A stretch of DNA of 30,104 nt, taken from positions 1 to 30,104 of the IMG/VR virus record IMGVR_UViG_3300025830_000018. One strand, written 5' to 3'. The translations under genes and the position numbers were made by a program. Under the pieces are notes generated by a model. It made no database searches, was not told where the DNA came from, and saw only the letters and a list, made by a program, of their open reading frames with translations. This document shows, in pieces, positions 29,401 through 30,104 of this stretch; position 1 is the first letter of the stretch, and each line of letters starts with the position of its first letter. Origin of the DNA: a virus. Taxonomy: Duplodnaviria > Caudoviricetes.

Positions 29401-30104
29401 ATATAAATAACGGTGATGTGTTTGGTGACGTGTTTAGTAAAAAGTCATTACAAAGGCTAAACATAAGAGCAAAAAATAGCGTTGAAAAACGATCAGATTC
29501 TAAAGCAGCACAACACTTTGTTGTTGCTATGAAAAAATCAATTGATCCTAACGCAAAACAAAAAGGCGCTAGCGTTATAGACTTTGATGACACGTTAGCT
29601 AAAACTACTTCTAAGGTGCTTTACACGCTTCCTAACGGAACTAAGGGTAAAATAGATGCTACAGAGTTTGCAACACGTTCTGAAGCCTTAGAAGCTAAAG
29701 GAGCAGATTTTGATTTTAGTGAATTTACTAAGGTAAAAGCTGGTAAACGTGGACCTTTCTTTGGCAAAGCACAAGCATTAAAAGATAAGTTTGGTAACAC
29801 AGATATATTTGTGTTAACAGCAAGGCCACAAGATGCTGCACCAGCTATACAAAAGTTTTTAAGTGGTATAGGTTTAGACTTAAAAATAGAAAATATAATT
29901 GGACTAGAAAATGGTACGCCACAAGCTAAAGCAGACTGGATAACTAGCAAGGTAGCAGAAGGTTATAATGATATATTATTTGCTGATGATGCTATTAAAA
30001 ATGTTAAAGCAGTAGCCGATGTAATAGATATGTTTAACATTGGTGGTAAGATATATCAAGCAAGGCAAAAATTTAGTAAAGAAGGATCAACAGAAAAAAC
30101 ATTA
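23496..30104 (+). CDS. Giant multidomain internal virion/ejection polyprotein, 3'-partial (zincin, sigma-like, HNH-like, HAD domains)
   Basis: ATG at 23496, 1 nt after the upstream TAA (MKETIFEFYRQYAPDVKITDDK...). Hand translation found no stop through 30104 (2203 codons). Probably missing from the ORF track because it runs off the window. Motifs: HEVIH 26613-26627, EHIIP 29151-29165, DFDDTL 29580-29597. Confidence 0.92.
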   Translation, partial: MKETIFEFYRQYAPDVKITDDKINEIETYYRGDVNRFINDFKKKVTDPKGITLDRQESAAIGARIYRAYEEADVDAVIENEETERRLQTKEKVKVDPDIDPTELLDNFYDGTKTLTQDYHHVKQLLSPYGFKVKKGNSYSETEKRLMEAGSVMNAQFSVEGKRSLIITAPNGKEQTILLDPTDQNKNKEILTEFFNANVDRDSDAFKKGQSKIRSVYSEIGRDYYDAVKLTDAEEDAVIASAKEVNLFEVQTSRMPGTAPGTQVTTTYMPYKEIIQQAKLYLADKEDNKNPTNEDIERIARQLYTRKALFDKRAAKGDKYLSDIGKTEIFSSSTGLPVFDSEADLEKQAQVYIGGKALESSAAKNLESRIETVDLLNQNFDADPDVVALNTLLDKYDEHENSQQMMYSMNDGDRERLRVLSERVSGKIFDIDAESRNILSSIDYVENTSEQLEVARKSFNMTKRWFDKFDQATDRTINDLWTFWGRTASDVDMILTAASKAGKDGGESLEKTLFEGGEQNSDWFKKTFPSLSDESINKFNIERQKQYQKIEGKYREGVKDIGTAFQKGRVGELAFDMIADFLPIVGTIALTSFAGPLTGAARFGSMMGLGGGARRSEYDFDEYINPTAGKTSLAQKMFISAGHGLAEYAGERLTTFKLVDNMISPRGLPRIGSDEVIKALAPTGRKYLQKNFLSAVPLAFGAEGLGESATQVMQNVLDKRPIMEGVPTAFFGGMIMGGGMGIASTLHGAAIASTVDSKTRDGLTKQYEGFHNEVSRLDDLRRRQNDFKSRTGIDSKKYDELIEAQKKKVQESADALDKQYKILIPELPAFNKAILGQIMRQEALINQKRLEYEALEKQYKDGEITAAELDTRKLEIEVELAKEDGLIAHLDAIKSGKLNQFKLLKDSKDKQNEDKYDQYIDAAKAEGVENVEARAEEMFYEDLHDSQVLVYKKIAKEHNKKKGRRYDMEVKSMTKEQAIERIKESDKTEAEKAEIIRNIREGKQNGIQLDSTNSNGQNIRTAISIKENAVKNRRAYTMPHEVIHAVVDDALTFDSSKGVDTAREAEISDAIKEYTKNALPDIYEQIKDQSQVEVIPMFFEYFLANKHKVKDHAAFFGGFAGAVVPQIDFNNAAELLRYFDSFVQYNQKRSSLEKARRAEPKFSLQEDPKGFARRRDKMNNAVERIMQNYRDSRVGREEDELVDDFVWNEEIAAEVLAFAIENKILDTYILGKRPMGISPTQWINDVYTEFISVSNNYDGRIKDADGRADYFGWLMGNLGYQALDVTKSVIKEQQQRAKTVDIDEARGIAAEIGDTVEDFGFTDVAEKLGVPVETIKELTKLVQGELGRFTKDITEGVTLNRSISPLFQTLNARFAQATAKNPGGGNWRVIAPLLKDLKSFIENNTATMLNEVSTEYAAKNIPQIVQKSVNGEFISDWQGKKIDRQSKADTGKTSGPQIMRKDKQGIRNLIRNPQALLDIFLPNNKPSQAKKEGLAINLSQRLAREILQNDLLNYIKTGSFKNSPIAERLAKTQSLFDRVISEAKAAEIVRQSDRIKNSVETLAPPDRIKVFEVNDQIVELIRKGVDVEAAVRQLLRFGDKKMLQVAKAYSSVIAKYGDFTKLAKAERSKIKPGVVTLEDFIQQEFADIVSDDLMFGKYVDKIANLEKDLNAYHLEDGRVETARKTDKKFIKSLMKEFNNDPKEVAKFVLKFMKGHTASASQISNKAFGIIDGILSIIDKDRVGARSRFQNYQNVDEMLNTLLRDNLGMQITKVNKLGKREGGYEITYEGQDVFLGNSEIKLNPIESKAVIKNNITYDQSKAEADEQTAAMFKYLDFLNKQRGNNYDDIDFILALQSLNSNMQTMLRRSAPYTYKFVGDYTGALRYEHIIPAGYILTNIADHYLNKGKTKADLKKLMSKYEVAIIPETMDKQIPMGSLMARGYQAGDNALANRYYTIANFGKDNFYPVKNINNGDVFGDVFSKKSLQRLNIRAKNSVEKRSDSKAAQHFVVAMKKSIDPNAKQKGASVIDFDDTLAKTTSKVLYTLPNGTKGKIDATEFATRSEALEAKGADFDFSEFTKVKAGKRGPFFGKAQALKDKFGNTDIFVLTARPQDAAPAIQKFLSGIGLDLKIENIIGLENGTPQAKADWITSKVAEGYNDILFADDAIKNVKAVADVIDMFNIGGKIYQARQKFSKEGSTEKTL

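Noticed and set aside
29580-29594. DFDDT read as the DxDxD catalytic motif of a crAss-like virion RNA polymerase
   Set aside because: The fifth residue is Thr, and HAD motifs II-IV follow at the expected spacing.
23388-29950. Short minus-strand ORFs suggesting a gene-poor or reverse-oriented region
   Set aside because: All lie antisense to the continuous + strand coding region, mainly the giant ORF.

Overview
Structural and packaging half of a tailed dsDNA phage genome. It is AT-rich, all real genes are on the + strand, and it uses the standard code. SD-less AT-rich leaders with A at -3 point to a Bacteroidota/Flavobacteriia host, and the gene order resembles crAss-like and marine flavobacterial podoviruses. 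In order: a partial Thr-rich repeat protein, a GT-B/KpsS-like putative glycosyltransferase, two small ORFs, a tandem GroES-like protein, TerS(?), TerL, portal, a small structural protein, scaffold, major capsid protein with terminator, a 266-aa ORF, two ring/tail-tube proteins, a 2065-aa muzzle/stabilization protein, a 167-aa ORF and two ejection-type proteins. A >2200-codon ORF (23496 to the window end) follows and is absent from the supplied ORF track. Two things stand out. (1) Translated by hand, the giant ORF looks like a virion-delivered polyprotein: membrane-like segment, HExxH zincin, sigma-factor-like region 2 plus HTH, EHxxP...RY HNH-like domain and HAD phosphatase, with recurring (R)xK[F/N]S motifs between the domains. 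(2) The >500-aa Thr-x-Thr repeat protein keeps an unbroken two-residue register and sits directly upstream of an HP-motif glycosyltransferase-like gene, a candidate phage-encoded virion glycosylation module. All domain calls are by-eye motif recognition, not database results.
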